Assembly (NCBI GenBank): GCA_038143065.1
Contig: JAYQLI010000035.1
Span: forward strand, 1,984,894-2,048,893
Length of the DNA: 64,000 nucleotides
Direction: 5' to 3'
Origin: Rhodospirillales bacterium
Lineage (GTDB): Bacteria; Pseudomonadota; Alphaproteobacteria; Bin95
Under the pieces are notes generated by a model, which saw only the letters and a list, made by a program, of their open reading frames with translations, had not been told where the DNA came from and did no database searches. Position 1 is the stretch's first letter. The number at the start of each line of letters is the position of its first letter. A program made the position numbers and the translations under genes. Of the stretch, positions 19,752 to 30,900 are shown piece by piece.

Positions 19752-21053
19752 ATGACTGCAGGAGACGTGATTTTCGCCTGTGCTTCTGGTGCGGGCCAGT
19801 CTGGGGTGGCTGTGATACGGATTTCAGGCCCAGGAGCAGCCCTCGTATTTGAGGCCTTAACGCATATGAGTCCTCCACTGCCACGCAAGGCTTCGCTCAG
19901 GAAATTGTATAACTCTGATAAAGAGGTGCTTGATAAAGCGTTAACCCTATATTTCCCGGCTCCTAAAAGTTTTACTGGAGAGGAGTCGGTCGAGCTTCAT
20001 GTTCATGGCGGCCCAGCAGTTATAGATGGTGTTCTCGCTGCCCTTTCGAACCTGCAAGGTTTTCGTCCAGCTGAAGCTGGGGAGTTTACGCGACGCGCAT
20101 ATCGAAACGGCAAGATGGATCTTGCAGAAGCTGAGGGCCTGGGGGATCTGATAAGCGCTGATACCGCAGCCGCTAGACGACAAGCGTTATGGCAAATGCA
20201 AGGAGGACTGACGACGCAGCACCTATCATGGCGTGAAACCCTGATTTCTGCGTCTGCTCTGGCAGAAGCTGAATTGGATTTTTCAGACGAGCCCGTTCCA
20301 GGGGACCTAGAAGGCCAATGGAAGATGGAAATTCTAGAATTAAAAGAAACCTTAAGTCATTATCTATCGGAACGTCCTATCACAGAAAGACTATCTGAAG
20401 GGTTTCGTGTTGTACTGGTGGGGGCTCCTAATGCAGGTAAATCTAGCATTTTAAATGCCTTAGCGCGTCGTGATGCAGCAATAGTTACTGATATACCTGG
20501 AACAACCCGTGATATCCTTGAGGTCCGAATGGATTTGGATGGATATCCTGTAACAATTGTTGATACAGCGGGCCTTAGGGAAACCGAGGATCCAATTGAG
20601 CGGGAGGGTGTCCGTCGTGCATACGACGCACAGGGTTTAGCGGACCTTGTGGTTGAAGTTAGAGATATCCTTTCACCCACAGAACTCGCCAAACTTCCGG
20701 AAAATCGATTGGTTTTTCATAACAAGAAAGACCTTTCGTCAACACAACCTCCAGATGGGATTAGTGGGTCTGCAAAGACGGGAGAAGGGCTTAAGGATTT
20801 AGAAAGGGAATTGACCGCAGCAGCAAAGACTGCGATTGAAGGGGCGCCGAGGCCGCTCGCAACGCGGCATCGCCATCGCGTCGCATTAGAAGAGGTGGTT
20901 GCTGCAATTAATCGTGCTATGGAAGCCCCCGCATTGGAGCTTGCAGCTGAAGATTTAAGGCTTGCTAGCCGTGCTCTTGGGCGCATAGCCGGGCTTGTTG
21001 ATGTAGAGGACGTGCTAGATCGAATATTTTCTTCGTTCTGCATTGGGAAATAA
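19752..21053 (+). CDS. mnmE: tRNA modification GTPase MnmE
   Basis: [25 protein letters not shown]-terminal FCIGK. Confidence 0.97.
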   Translation: MTAGDVIFACASGAGQSGVAVIRISGPGAALVFEALTHMSPPLPRKASLRKLYNSDKEVLDKALTLYFPAPKSFTGEESVELHVHGGPAVIDGVLAALSNLQGFRPAEAGEFTRRAYRNGKMDLAEAEGLGDLISADTAAARRQALWQMQGGLTTQHLSWRETLISASALAEAELDFSDEPVPGDLEGQWKMEILELKETLSHYLSERPITERLSEGFRVVLVGAPNAGKSSILNALARRDAAIVTDIPGTTRDILEVRMDLDGYPVTIVDTAGLRETEDPIEREGVRRAYDAQGLADLVVEVRDILSPTELAKLPENRLVFHNKKDLSSTQPPDGISGSAKTGEGLKDLERELTAAAKTAIEGAPRPLATRHRHRVALEEVVAAINRAMEAPALELAAEDLRLASRALGRIAGLVDVEDVLDRIFSSFCIGK

Positions 21054-21055
21054 CG

Positions 21056-22946
21056 GTGTTTCACGTGAAACAAATAAAAAATAACTATGATGTAATTGTT
21101 GTTGGTGGAGGCCACGCCGGTGTTGAGGCGGCAGGCGCAGCTGCAAGGTTTGGCGCGAAAACATTGCTGATCACCCATCGGTTTGATCGTATTGGTGAGA
21201 TGTCTTGCAACCCAGCTATAGGTGGTCTTGGAAAAGGACACCTTGTTCGTGAAATTGACGCTTTAGATGGCATTATGGGGCGTGCGGCAGATGCATCAGG
21301 TATTCAGTTTCGTGTTTTAAACCGCAGTAAAGGGCCGGCAGTTCGTGGTCCGCGTGCTCAAGCAGATCGTGCGTTGTATCGGGAGGCAATTCAAGAAGCA
21401 GTAAAAGAACAAACCCACTTAAGCGTTTTAGAAGGAGCAGTGGCTGACATTTTGGTTTCAGGCCAAGGGCACTGCTCTGGTGTCAGAATGGAAACAGGAG
21501 AAGAGCTGGTTGCGGGCGCTGTAGTTATTACAACCGGCACGTTTCTCCGAGGCGTTATCCATATAGGCACCAAAAACAGCCCAGCGGGCCGGGTTGGTGA
21601 TGCAGCGGCAACGGTTCTCGGGGAGCGCCTTGAGGTGGCAGGGTTTCAAATGGGGCGACTTAAGACAGGCACACCGCCTCGGTTGCTTAAAGAGACCATT
21701 CGGTTCGACGTGTTAGAGCCACAATTAGGGGACGATCCTCCGGAGCCATTTTCGGCTCTAACCGAACGCATAACGGTGCCCCAAACGGTCTGCCATATTA
21801 CTCGCACGACCTCGAAGACCCATGACATAATTCGGTCGCGGATCAATGAATCGGCGATCCATAGTGGGAATATCAGTGGGTCGGGCCCAAGGTACTGTCC
21901 TTCGATTGAGGATAAGATAACTCGGTTCTCTGACAAAGATAATCATCAAATATTTCTTGAGCCAGAAGGCTTAAATGACCCCCTTATATACCCGAACGGA
22001 ATCTCGACCAGTCTGCCAGAAGATGTGCAGCGTGCGTTCCTTCAAACAATTCCAGGTCTAGAGGCTGTAGAAATAGCCCGACCAGGCTATGCAGTGGAAT
22101 ATGATTTTATTGATCCAAGGGAGCTGGATCACAGTTTAGAGACGAGGCGGATACCTCGGCTATTTTTAGCAGGCCAAATCAACGGCACCGACGGGGTATG
22201 AGGAGGCAGCCGCTCAGGGCCTGGTTGCCGGATTGAATGCAGCTCGAACAGTAGGGGGCAACGACCCCGCAGTATTTGATCGCACAGAGGCATATTTGGG
22301 TGTCATGATCGATGACCTTGTTGTGCGAGGAGTAGATGAGCCATATCGAATGTTTACATCGAGAGCTGAATTTAGGTTGCGACTTCGTGCAGATAATGCT
22401 GATCGGCGATTAACTGGTCGTGGAATAGAGTTGGGATGTGTGGGAGAGCCCAGGCAGCACTTGTTTCACGTGAAACAAAATGCATTGGAGGCCCTCGAGG
22501 CTAAGCTTAACGCCCTAACTGCATCACCTTCTGAGTTAGAGGCAGTTGGATTGCCTGGTAGTTCTGATGGCAAACGCCGAACGGCTTTGGAGTTGTTTGG
22601 GCGATTTGGTCCATCTTCAACTAGACTGCTGGCGCTCTGGCCGCAAATTGCGGATACCCCCATGTGGGCGCGCGCGAGCCTATCGACTGACGCACAGTAT
22701 GCAACATACCTTGCTCGTCAGGAAGCCGATGTTGCGGCTTTCAAGCGCGATGAAACGATGGAATTGCCCGACGATCTCGATTTCTGGAAGATAGAGGGCT
22801 TATCTACGGAAGCTCGGCAAAAATTGACTGCATCAAGGCCGCGGACGATTGGAGCTGCTGCACGAACCCCGGGGGTAACTCCTGCTGCGATTACAGCTTT
22901 GTTGCGTCGGGTCAGGGCTAATCGCAGGGCTGACATGGCGTCGTAA
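21056..22946 (+). CDS. mnmG: tRNA uridine 5-carboxymethylaminomethyl modification enzyme MnmG/GidA (probable frameshift near 22188)
   Basis: [41 protein letters not shown] split across frames, [11 protein letters not shown]. Confidence 0.95.
21057..21072. promoter_or_regulatory. parS centromere site
   Basis: Perfect palindrome TGTTTCACGTGAAACA overlapping the mnmG start. Confidence 0.93.
22462..22477. promoter_or_regulatory. parS centromere site
   Basis: Perfect palindrome TGTTTCACGTGAAACA (extends to 18 bp) inside mnmG. Confidence 0.93.
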
Positions 22947-22978
22947 ACCCCCTAATTGAATTCCAGCCACCTCACGAT

Positions 22979-23610
22979 GTGCGCGTTGCGTTAGAAAATT
23001 TTGGTGTTACCGATTTAAGCATAGAGAGGCTTATTCGTTACGTTTCTGTGCTAGATCGCTGGCGTCAACGGATCAATCTGATTGGCCCAGCTAATTTAAA
23101 TGATATTTGGAACAGACATGTCTTAGACTCTGCGCAGGTCTTTCCTTTATTAGGGGCAAGCCGAAGCTCAAGTGCTTTGGTGGATTTTGGCTCTGGTGCT
23201 GGTTTTCCTGGCCTTGTGTTATCATGCATCAGTGGCTTGCCCGTAACCTTGGTAGATAGTGATCAACGAAAAGCAGTTTTTCTTCGTGAGGCTGCAAGGC
23301 ATGCTGGTGTTGATGTGCGTGTAATATCAGAGCGGTTTGATAAAGCTTTAAAGAATGAGACTTTTGGCAAATTCCAGTTTGTAACTGGCCGGGCTGTAGC
23401 TCCTCTGGTTCGACTTTTACCTTTTATCTATGGGTCTCTTGAACCCGCTGGTTTTGCTTTGATGCATAAGGGGCGCAGGTCGAAAAAGAATTGACCGAAG
23501 CAATGAAAAGCTGGACAATGAAATATGAAATGATCCCTAGTATTACCTCTGATGATGGTATAATACTCAAGATATGGTGTCTAATGCCGGATGACGCAAA
23601 TAAACTCTGA
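22979..23610 (+). CDS. rsmG: 16S rRNA m7G527 methyltransferase RsmG (frameshift at G run near 23470)
   Basis: RHVLDS, DFGSGAGFPG, GRAVAPL. C-terminus QVEKELTEAMKSW continues in another frame to TGA 23610. Start uncertain. Confidence 0.92.
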
Positions 23611-24454
23611 TACAAATGATAACGCTCATGAGGAAAGATTGCCTCGCGTTATTGCAGTAGTTAATCAAAAGGGTGGTGTTGGCAAAACCACCACTGCAGT
23701 TAATCTTGCGGCTGCTTTAGCTGCTTGCGGCCAGCGAACTCTCGTAATTGATTTAGATCCACAGGGAAATGCATCGACCGGAGTGGGAATTCCAGCCAAT
23801 CGGCGGAAGGTTGGGGTGTATGATGTTTTAATTGGCGAATGTAGCCTTGCTGAGGCAGCTTTTAAGACTGAGATGCCGCTCTTTGACATTGTTCCATCTA
23901 CGATGGATTTGTCTGGTGCAGAAATCGAATTGGTAGATATGCCGAGGCGGGAGCGCCGATTAGCAGATGCTTTAAACCAAGCAAAAAGCGAATCAGGACC
24001 ATTAGGATACTCATTTATTTTGATTGATTGTCCTCCGTCGCTTGGCCTTTTGACTTTAAATGCGCTTGTTGCTGCAGATGGCGCTTTTGCCCCACTGCAA
24101 GCCGAGTTCCTTGCGCTTGAGGGGCTAAGCCATTTGAAGAGAACAATTGATCTGGTCGCCGAGCGATTAAACCCCAAGTTAGCGCTTGAGGGCATTGTGA
24201 TAACAATGATGGACAGAAGAATTCGGTTGGCTGAAGCCGTTGCGGCCGATGTGAGAGCGCACTTTGGTGACATTGTTTATAAAGCCGAGATTCCAAGGAA
24301 TGTGCGAGTTTCCGAGGCCCCGTCCCATGGAAAGCCTGTGTTGCTCTACGATCTTAATTGCACGGGCAGCAAGGCCTACCTGGATTTAGCCCGTGAGTTT
24401 TTGCAACGTGAAGGTTTATTGCCGGGTGGGCCAGTTAAGGTGGTAGCAGCATGA
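23591..24454 (+). CDS. parA: Chromosome partitioning ATPase ParA
   Basis: NQKGGVGKTTT, DLDPQGNAS, DCPPSLG, IPRNVRVSEAPSHG. Confidence 0.97.
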   Translation: MTQINSDTNDNAHEERLPRVIAVVNQKGGVGKTTTAVNLAAALAACGQRTLVIDLDPQGNASTGVGIPANRRKVGVYDVLIGECSLAEAAFKTEMPLFDIVPSTMDLSGAEIELVDMPRRERRLADALNQAKSESGPLGYSFILIDCPPSLGLLTLNALVAADGAFAPLQAEFLALEGLSHLKRTIDLVAERLNPKLALEGIVITMMDRRIRLAEAVAADVRAHFGDIVYKAEIPRNVRVSEAPSHGKPVLLYDLNCTGSKAYLDLAREFLQREGLLPGGPVKVVAA

Positions 24455-25347
24455 GCATTGTCGAAAATAAATCTGTTCGTCCAAAGCTAGGTCGCGGCTT
24501 AGCCGCGTTACTGGGAGAAGATGGTTCAGACCACGTAAGTGAGGGCAGTGCTAACAATAAAGCCACCCGGTCTCTACCTGTGGCATCACTCCAGCCTGGT
24601 GTTGGTCAGCCCCGACGACATTTTAATGAAGAAGCTCTAGACGCGCTTGCACAATCCATTCGTGAGCGTGGAATGCTACAACCCATTATTGCTCGAAGGC
24701 TGTCTGGCGAGCTGTCTGGTTATGAAATTATTGCCGGTGAACGACGCTGGCGCGCTGCTCAAAGGGCGGGTTTGGCAGAGGTTCCAGTAATTTTAAGGGA
24801 TATGACGGATCGTGATGCCTTAGAAATTGCTTTGATTGAAAATATTCAAAGGGAAGACCTGAACCCAATCGAAGAGGCAAATGGTTATCAGAACTTAGTG
24901 GATTCATTTGGCTATACCCAGGAAGATTTAGCTAAAGCGGTTGGTAAAAGCCGACCTCATGTAGCCAATATGATGAGACTTCTAAATCTTCCAGCAAAAC
25001 TTCGTACCTATGTGGCGGAAGGTCGTTTATCTGCGGGTCACGCGAGAGCATTGCTGGTGGCCAAAGACCCAGAAAAACTTGCTGAACTAGTGGTTCAACG
25101 TGGATTGAATGTGCGTCAGACCGAGCGATTGGTGCAAGAGGGCGGTATGCAAGTACCCCGCAAACCCTCTAGTAGAGACCCAAATGTCGTGTCTGCAGAG
25201 AAAGATCTGAGTGATGCGCTTGGTCTCAAAGCTGCTCTACAGCCTGTTGGAAAGCGCGGCGGCCGTCTTGTTTTGCATTATAAAGATTACGATCAATTAG
25301 AGTTTTTAATCTCCCGTTTGACCAAGCGGCCACACCAATACACTTGA
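24451..25347 (+). CDS. parB: Chromosome partitioning protein ParB
   Basis: LGRGLAALL, IIAGERRWRAA, IENIQREDL, GKSRPHVAN, GHARALL. Confidence 0.97.
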   Translation: MSIVENKSVRPKLGRGLAALLGEDGSDHVSEGSANNKATRSLPVASLQPGVGQPRRHFNEEALDALAQSIRERGMLQPIIARRLSGELSGYEIIAGERRWRAAQRAGLAEVPVILRDMTDRDALEIALIENIQREDLNPIEEANGYQNLVDSFGYTQEDLAKAVGKSRPHVANMMRLLNLPAKLRTYVAEGRLSAGHARALLVAKDPEKLAELVVQRGLNVRQTERLVQEGGMQVPRKPSSRDPNVVSAEKDLSDALGLKAALQPVGKRGGRLVLHYKDYDQLEFLISRLTKRPHQYT

Positions 25348-25466
25348 TGCAATCAATACAACAATATAAATATTAAAAATTACAATACAATAAGAACAAA
25401 TATAAATTAAATATTTAATATAAAATACTACGTATTTAGTGATATAATTTGTTTTTTATTATACTT

Positions 25467-26461
25467 TTATATTGATATTGTTTTCCTGCTTTCTGCGGAT
25501 TGAATAATTGCCTCTAAGACATTTGTCGCATGCTCAATCTCTTCGGCACTAACGGGGAAACTATCTCCACCGGTAACGTCGTTACCAAAGCATTCGAGTG
25601 CGGCTTGAATGGTCGCCATCGCCGGGTAATCAAACCCGGGGTAACTAGACTGTGAGGTACCTTCTGCAATAGATGATATTTCTATTTTATCTTGGTCTCT
25701 AATCTCTACCCAACCACCAAGGCAATAGGCCGAAATGCGCCAGAGCGTGTTCGTCGCGGATAGGGTTGTCAAATGCCCGGTACAGCCATTCTCAAAATTC
25801 ATGCGAACTAGGTAGAGTCGTCAACATCAATTGGTGAAGCGACCCGTAGGCTTTGAACATTAACGTCTTTTATTCGCCCAAACATGTTGATGAACATGTC
25901 TAGCGCATGGATCCCCATCGAAGTCATACCGCCGGCTGGGCTCTCTTTTCGGCTATCGCGCCATAATCCACCCGCAGGTGCTAAATTAGAATCAAAGTGC
26001 CCATCAATATGGATGGGAGCCGCCAATTGCTTGCTATCTAGAATTTTCTTCATTTCTATTGAGTTTGGTGCAAACCGCCGATTGTGACCTATAGCAACCT
26101 TTAATCCCAGGGACTTGAAGGCATCTAAAGCTTGTTTTCCTTCTTTGCCGCTCAAGGTCCAAGGCTTTTCGCAGAAAACATGTTTTCCTGCCTCAGCTAC
26201 GGCCATTAATTGCTCAAAATGCTGGGTGTGGGGGGTTGCGATAACAACGACATCAATGGAGTCGTCGTTTAATGCATCTTCTAGACTGTCGGAAAGCGCT
26301 ATTTTACGATCTTCACAAAACGTATCTACTTTCGATGGTGTTCTTGTTACGGCCCTTTTAAATCGAAATGAGGCGCTGTCATCAACGGATGAGACCAAAA
26401 GTTGACCCCATCGACCTAAACCAACAATTGCTGCCCCGACCACATCACCCATTCTAAGCAC
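25467..26461 (-). CDS. Gfo/Idh/MocA family oxidoreductase (frameshift near 25811)
   Basis: VGLGRWG, HVFCEKP, GHNRRF, GIHALD. One added base joins DDST to LVRMNFENG. Confidence 0.88.
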
Positions 26462-26619
26462 CTTTCTTAAAAGAGCTTTCAGTATAACAAAGAAAATACC
26501 AAGAAGCCCACGACTGATTCATCTACACTAGAACTGAGTTTTACCTAACATTCATCGCTATTTGATGGGTTGTCTAAGCACTGGAAATCTAAAGCCCCCC
26601 AAAAATAGCTGAGACCTCT

Positions 26620-27330
26620 TCAGTGATTTAGATAAAGCTTAGTCATTACTTCTGGGTCTCTGAATGCCTCTGGAGGGCCGCTCGCAACAATCTGACCTCT
26701 ATTAATAACTACGGTGCGGTCCGCGACCTCTAAGGCGTGATGAGTATTTTGTTCAGATATTAAAACAGCGGTTCCTGCATCTCTGACTTTGCGAATAGCA
26801 TCAAATGTTCGGCCAACAGCCATTGGAGCAAGACCAAGTGATGGTTCATCAAGCATAATCAACTTTGGGGAACGCATCAGAGCTCGGCCTATAGCAAGCA
26901 TTTGCTGCTCTCCTCCTGAAAGTCGCCAGGCTTCAGACCGGCGCCGGGCCAATATCTCGGGAAATAAGGTCCAGATTTCTCCCATCCGAACTTTGGTGGC
27001 ATGCCAATTTCCATTGAAGACGGCCATCAGATTTTCTTCTACGCTTAGGCCGGGGAAAACCCGCCTTCCTTCTGGAACATAGCCAATGCCCAACAAGGCT
27101 ATCTCTGTTGGTTTCTGCGATGGAACAGGCTGACCTTCCCATGTTACTTGGCCAGAACTTATGGCCTCTAAACCCATTACCGCCCTTAATAGGCTGGACT
27201 TACCAGCGCCATTTGGCCCAAGTAATGCAAGTATTTCGCCGCTTCTAATCTTAAGGCTTATCGGGCCGCACCTTGGGGTTTCCGCGGGTCCGATAGTGGC
27301 CTGGTCAATATTGAGCAAGTCGCAGGTCAT
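26620..27330 (-). CDS. HAAT (Liv-type) ABC transporter ATP-binding protein, LivF-like
   Basis: GPNGAGKS, VPEGRRVF, LSGGEQQMLAIGRAL, LDEPSLGLAP, EQN. Confidence 0.92.
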   Translation of the reverse strand: MTCDLLNIDQATIGPAETPRCGPISLKIRSGEILALLGPNGAGKSSLLRAVMGLEAISSGQVTWEGQPVPSQKPTEIALLGIGYVPEGRRVFPGLSVEENLMAVFNGNWHATKVRMGEIWTLFPEILARRRSEAWRLSGGEQQMLAIGRALMRSPKLIMLDEPSLGLAPMAVGRTFDAIRKVRDAGTAVLISEQNTHHALEVADRTVVINRGQIVASGPPEAFRDPEVMTKLYLNH

Positions 27331-28842
27331 TGCTCATGTCCTAAATCAATCGCTGTGCCTAGGTATGCAGAAACTACGACAGGGTTACGAACAACGTCTT
27401 TTGGTTTTCCATCAGCAATTATACGACCTTCTGAAAGGCACACGAGCCGATCAGCAAGATTAGCAACGAAAGGAACGTTGTGTTCCACTATAACCACAGC
27501 CGCAGTATTTGCTAATTTCCTGACTTCTTTGGCTAGTTTATTCCGTTCATCGGATGAGAGACCGGCAGCAGGTTCGTCTAGCAGAACGACCCCGTTGGCG
27601 TATTCACGCGCCCTGGTCATCTCAACAAAACGACGCTCGCTCTGCGAAAGGGATTTTACCAGGCGCCGGTCGTTGTTTTTGTAGCCCACCACCGCATAAT
27701 TACCGTCAACTGTTTCATCCTCAATTAATGCGGGTGTTTGAAAAGTTCGGCCAATTCGAACACCGAACACTAGTTCAATTTGACCAGAATCCGGTCGATC
27801 GATACCAGACAGCAGATTGAGAAGTGTTGACTTTCCCGCGCCGTTTGGACCGATAAGGCCTACAATTTCTCCCTTTTTAAGGTTCAGAGAAACGTTATTC
27901 ACAGCAGTTAAACCGCCAAAACTTCGGTAAAGTCCCAGCGATCGAAGCGGTATTTCATCGCTTATAGGAAATTTTTTGGCTTTCTTATCTGAGTATCTGA
28001 TAAGCGAAAATTTGGGGAAAAGGCCTGCTATGCCAGTAGGAAGAAATAAAATAGCTATAAGGAGAAGAAGGCCATAAAAAATCAAATAGGAATCTTCTAA
28101 AAATCGCAGGTATTCTGGCCCAAAAGTAACTGCAATCGAGGTTATTACAGCCGCTGTAGGACTATAACGCCCCCAATTAGAACCACTGCCAGAATAGCAG
28201 CCATTGTTTTAAATGACAGGATGTCTGGGGAAACAACTCCAACTGCGAGTGCGTGTATTGCCCCCCCAAACCACCGCACAGTCCACCCGCTAGCATGGCG
28301 AAAAGTCTTGTTTGTGGACCATTTATTCCAAAAGCTTTTGCTGCCAATGGCTGTGAACGCAATAGAGCTAGCTTTTCTTGCCCAGCGTATCGCTTAAATG
28401 ATGAATAAATGAATACGGCGATTAGTGTTGCGGATCCGGATAAGAACAATTTGCCTTGATCATCTAAGAGCCAATCTGGAGGGGTAGGACCGAGGAGCCC
28501 ATTAGCTCCACCAGTCAAGCTTTCCCAGTTAATAGCAACTAATACTACTCCTTCCGCCATAGCGAGTGTGGCAAGAGCAAAGTAGTGAGTTTCCAGCCTC
28601 GCAGCGGCGACCCCCATAGCCGCAATAATTAGACTGGCTATAAGAGCTGCCGCGGGAACTGCAACGGCGTAGGGCAAATCAAGTTTAAGCGCCAGAAGGA
28701 CAACAGCATATGCCCCTAGTCCCATCGCTGTTCCCGCGGCAAGCGATAGAGCTCCTGCAAGGCCAAATACAATTTGCCAACCTATGGCACCAGCTGCCAA
28801 AGCTAATGCTAATGTAAGCAAATGCAGGTCATATGGACTCAT
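27327..28842 (-). CDS. HAAT ABC transporter LivM-like permease fused to a shortened LivG-like ATPase (2 probable frameshifts)
   Basis: HYFALATLA, LTGGANGL, AAKAFGIN. Breaks at G runs 28261-28267 and 28170-28174. The TM end IFYGLLL runs in frame into FGGLTAV, GPNGAGKST, RTFQ, LLDEPAAG, VVSAYLG. Confidence 0.85.
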
Positions 28843-29712
28843 ACGCGGCGTCCTCTGACGTCTCCAGCTAAACCTTCTGGTCGGAAAACGAGCAGTGTTA
28901 GGAAAGCTAAATACAGAACACCTTCGGCTACAGCGTGAGAGAACAGTGCTGCGCCAACAGTTTCAAATAGCGCAATAGCAACTGCAATTAATGCAGTTGG
29001 AAAGATTCGACCCCATCCTGCGGCCGTTGCAGCGATGTAGGCCTTAAGAATGTAAATAGCTCCAACAGCAGGAGTGACATAATGTTGGGTGGATAAGATG
29101 GCTCCGGCCAATCCCGATAGAATTCCAGCAAAAACGAAGGCAAATATTGCTAGCTTTATAACAGGAAGCCCATGGGCAGCAGCTATTTCCGGATCCTCTG
29201 CGGCAGCGCGAAGCCGCATTCCAAATCGGCTTTTAAGTAGCAAAAGAGCGGTAAATGTGAAGGCAAATATTGCCATTCCTAAAGAGATTATGCCGTGGGC
29301 AGATAAATAAAGCCCATCAAGGCGCCATCCACCACTCAAAATAGCTGGCAAAGCTCGAGGCGCACCGCCAAAACCAACAGTTAAACTATTTTGTGCCACT
29401 ATTCCTAAGGCGATGGCGGCTATGAAAGTAGATTCTACTGGGCGCTGACGGAGAGGTGCCCATGCAATAGCGGCCACCTACAAGGCCTAAAGCTCCACCT
29501 ACAAGTGCTGCCACTCCAACAGCAAGGACTCCGGTCGCCCCAAATAATACTGCAGTTACCCCACCATAGGCTGCCACTGCGGCAACATCCCCATGAGCAA
29601 AATTAACTGCACCGGCAGCCCTAAGCGTTAGTGCAAAACCGAGCCCCAAGACGCCATATCCAGCTCCCAGAACAAGTCCATTAAAAAGAAGCTGAAAAGA
29701 AATTGCGTCCAA
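28839..29712 (-). CDS. HAAT ABC transporter permease, LivH-like (frameshift near 29478)
   Basis: NGLVLGAGY, VNFAHGD, GMRLRAAAED, VFRPEGL. Confidence 0.88.
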
Positions 29713-29762
29713 GCTAAAGCCTTATTTTTTGAGAGCCCTACATTTCAGGGCTAAACATTGGC

Positions 29763-30899
29763 TCAATCCACCCAAGCCCCGTCTTTGTATCGACGAACTA
29801 CCGTTGCATCGCGTGATGCGCCATCATAGCAAACGATGAGCGCCGAATGAGCCATATCTCCTTTTCCATCGCTGGAATAGTTCATGGCCGCACCGTTGTA
29901 AGAGTTTTTACTAAGCCAACTACGCATGCTCTCTGGCGATTGGGCGCCAGCGTCCATGGCCTCTGCGAACATACCTACGGCATCATATTCTGCGAGTGCG
30001 AACGCGTCGGGTTCAGAATCAAAGCGGGCGCGGTACGCGTCAGCAAAAACTATAGCGGCTCCTTTTGTTTCTGCGGCAGGGGCCGAACCTGATTCAGCAC
30101 AAACCCCCTTTAGCATTGAGGGCTCTAGCAAATCAGCAGTCGTAGGTTGATGCATTGCGGAACCGGCTACAATCGGTAGATCGAGGCCCAGTTCTTTTGC
30201 TTGTCGGATTGCAAGTGCTGTTGGGCCCGCATGTAAATGCAAGAGAAAGCCATCTGCACCGGCAGCTGCGGCCTTCATTAAAGCTGCTGAAAGGTCTTTG
30301 GCTGCAGGAGACAAGCCCTCTTCATAAACTGGAGCAACGCCTAGGTTTTTTAAATTTTCTTTAAGTACAGTGCGTCCGCTTTGGCCGTATGCGGTTGTCT
30401 GGAACAAAATTGCAGGGCGTTTCATACCCATTTGATCAATGGCATAAAGGGCGTGAGCGGCTTTTACCACGCTGTCTCCAGGGAAAAAGCGAAAAACGTT
30501 TGTGCTTCCCATTTCGGTAAGCTTCGCAGTTCCCGATATAGTTAGGATTGGCAAGTTTTCTCTATCTGCAAGCGGTAATAATGCCAGCATTTGGGAACCC
30601 AGTATTGGTCCTAATATCGCGGCAGGCTTGTTACCTTTAAGTGCTCTTCGAAATGCACTTACTGCCACATCTGGCGCAGTGGTTGTATCCTGAACATCTG
30701 CAACAAACGTTAAACCGTGCCGTTTGCTAGCATGCTCAGCTGCTAAAATGGCTCCGTTGCGCTGCGCTCCGCCTTCCAGCGCTAAAAAGCCTGTGATTGG
30801 AGCCAGTACAGGCACATAAACTTCTTTGGAAACTGCGGATCCGGTGAAGCCCGATAAACTGACAAAAAACGTCAAAATAGCAAAATAGGCGCGTTTCAC
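29763..30899 (-). CDS. HAAT (LivK/LivJ-like) periplasmic substrate-binding protein
   Basis: Signal peptide, APITGFLALEG, ILGP, NVFR, AYG. First gene after the riboswitch; GTG start with GGAG RBS. Confidence 0.88.
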   Translation of the reverse strand: MKRAYFAILTFFVSLSGFTGSAVSKEVYVPVLAPITGFLALEGGAQRNGAILAAEHASKRHGLTFVADVQDTTTAPDVAVSAFRRALKGNKPAAILGPILGSQMLALLPLADRENLPILTISGTAKLTEMGSTNVFRFFPGDSVVKAAHALYAIDQMGMKRPAILFQTTAYGQSGRTVLKENLKNLGVAPVYEEGLSPAAKDLSAALMKAAAAGADGFLLHLHAGPTALAIRQAKELGLDLPIVAGSAMHQPTTADLLEPSMLKGVCAESGSAPAAETKGAAIVFADAYRARFDSEPDAFALAEYDAVGMFAEAMDAGAQSPESMRSWLSKNSYNGAAMNYSSDGKGDMAHSALIVCYDGASRDATVVRRYKDGAWVD

Positions 30900-30900
30900 G

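Noticed and set aside
25348-25466. dif site or CRISPR leader
   Set aside because: No XerC/XerD arm match, the tract is near the origin rather than the terminus, and there are no repeats or cas genes.
25467-26461. Gfo/Idh/MocA gene as a definite member of the TPP-regulated operon
   Set aside because: It is co-oriented but separated by 158 bp, enough for its own promoter. Linkage cannot be supported without synteny data.
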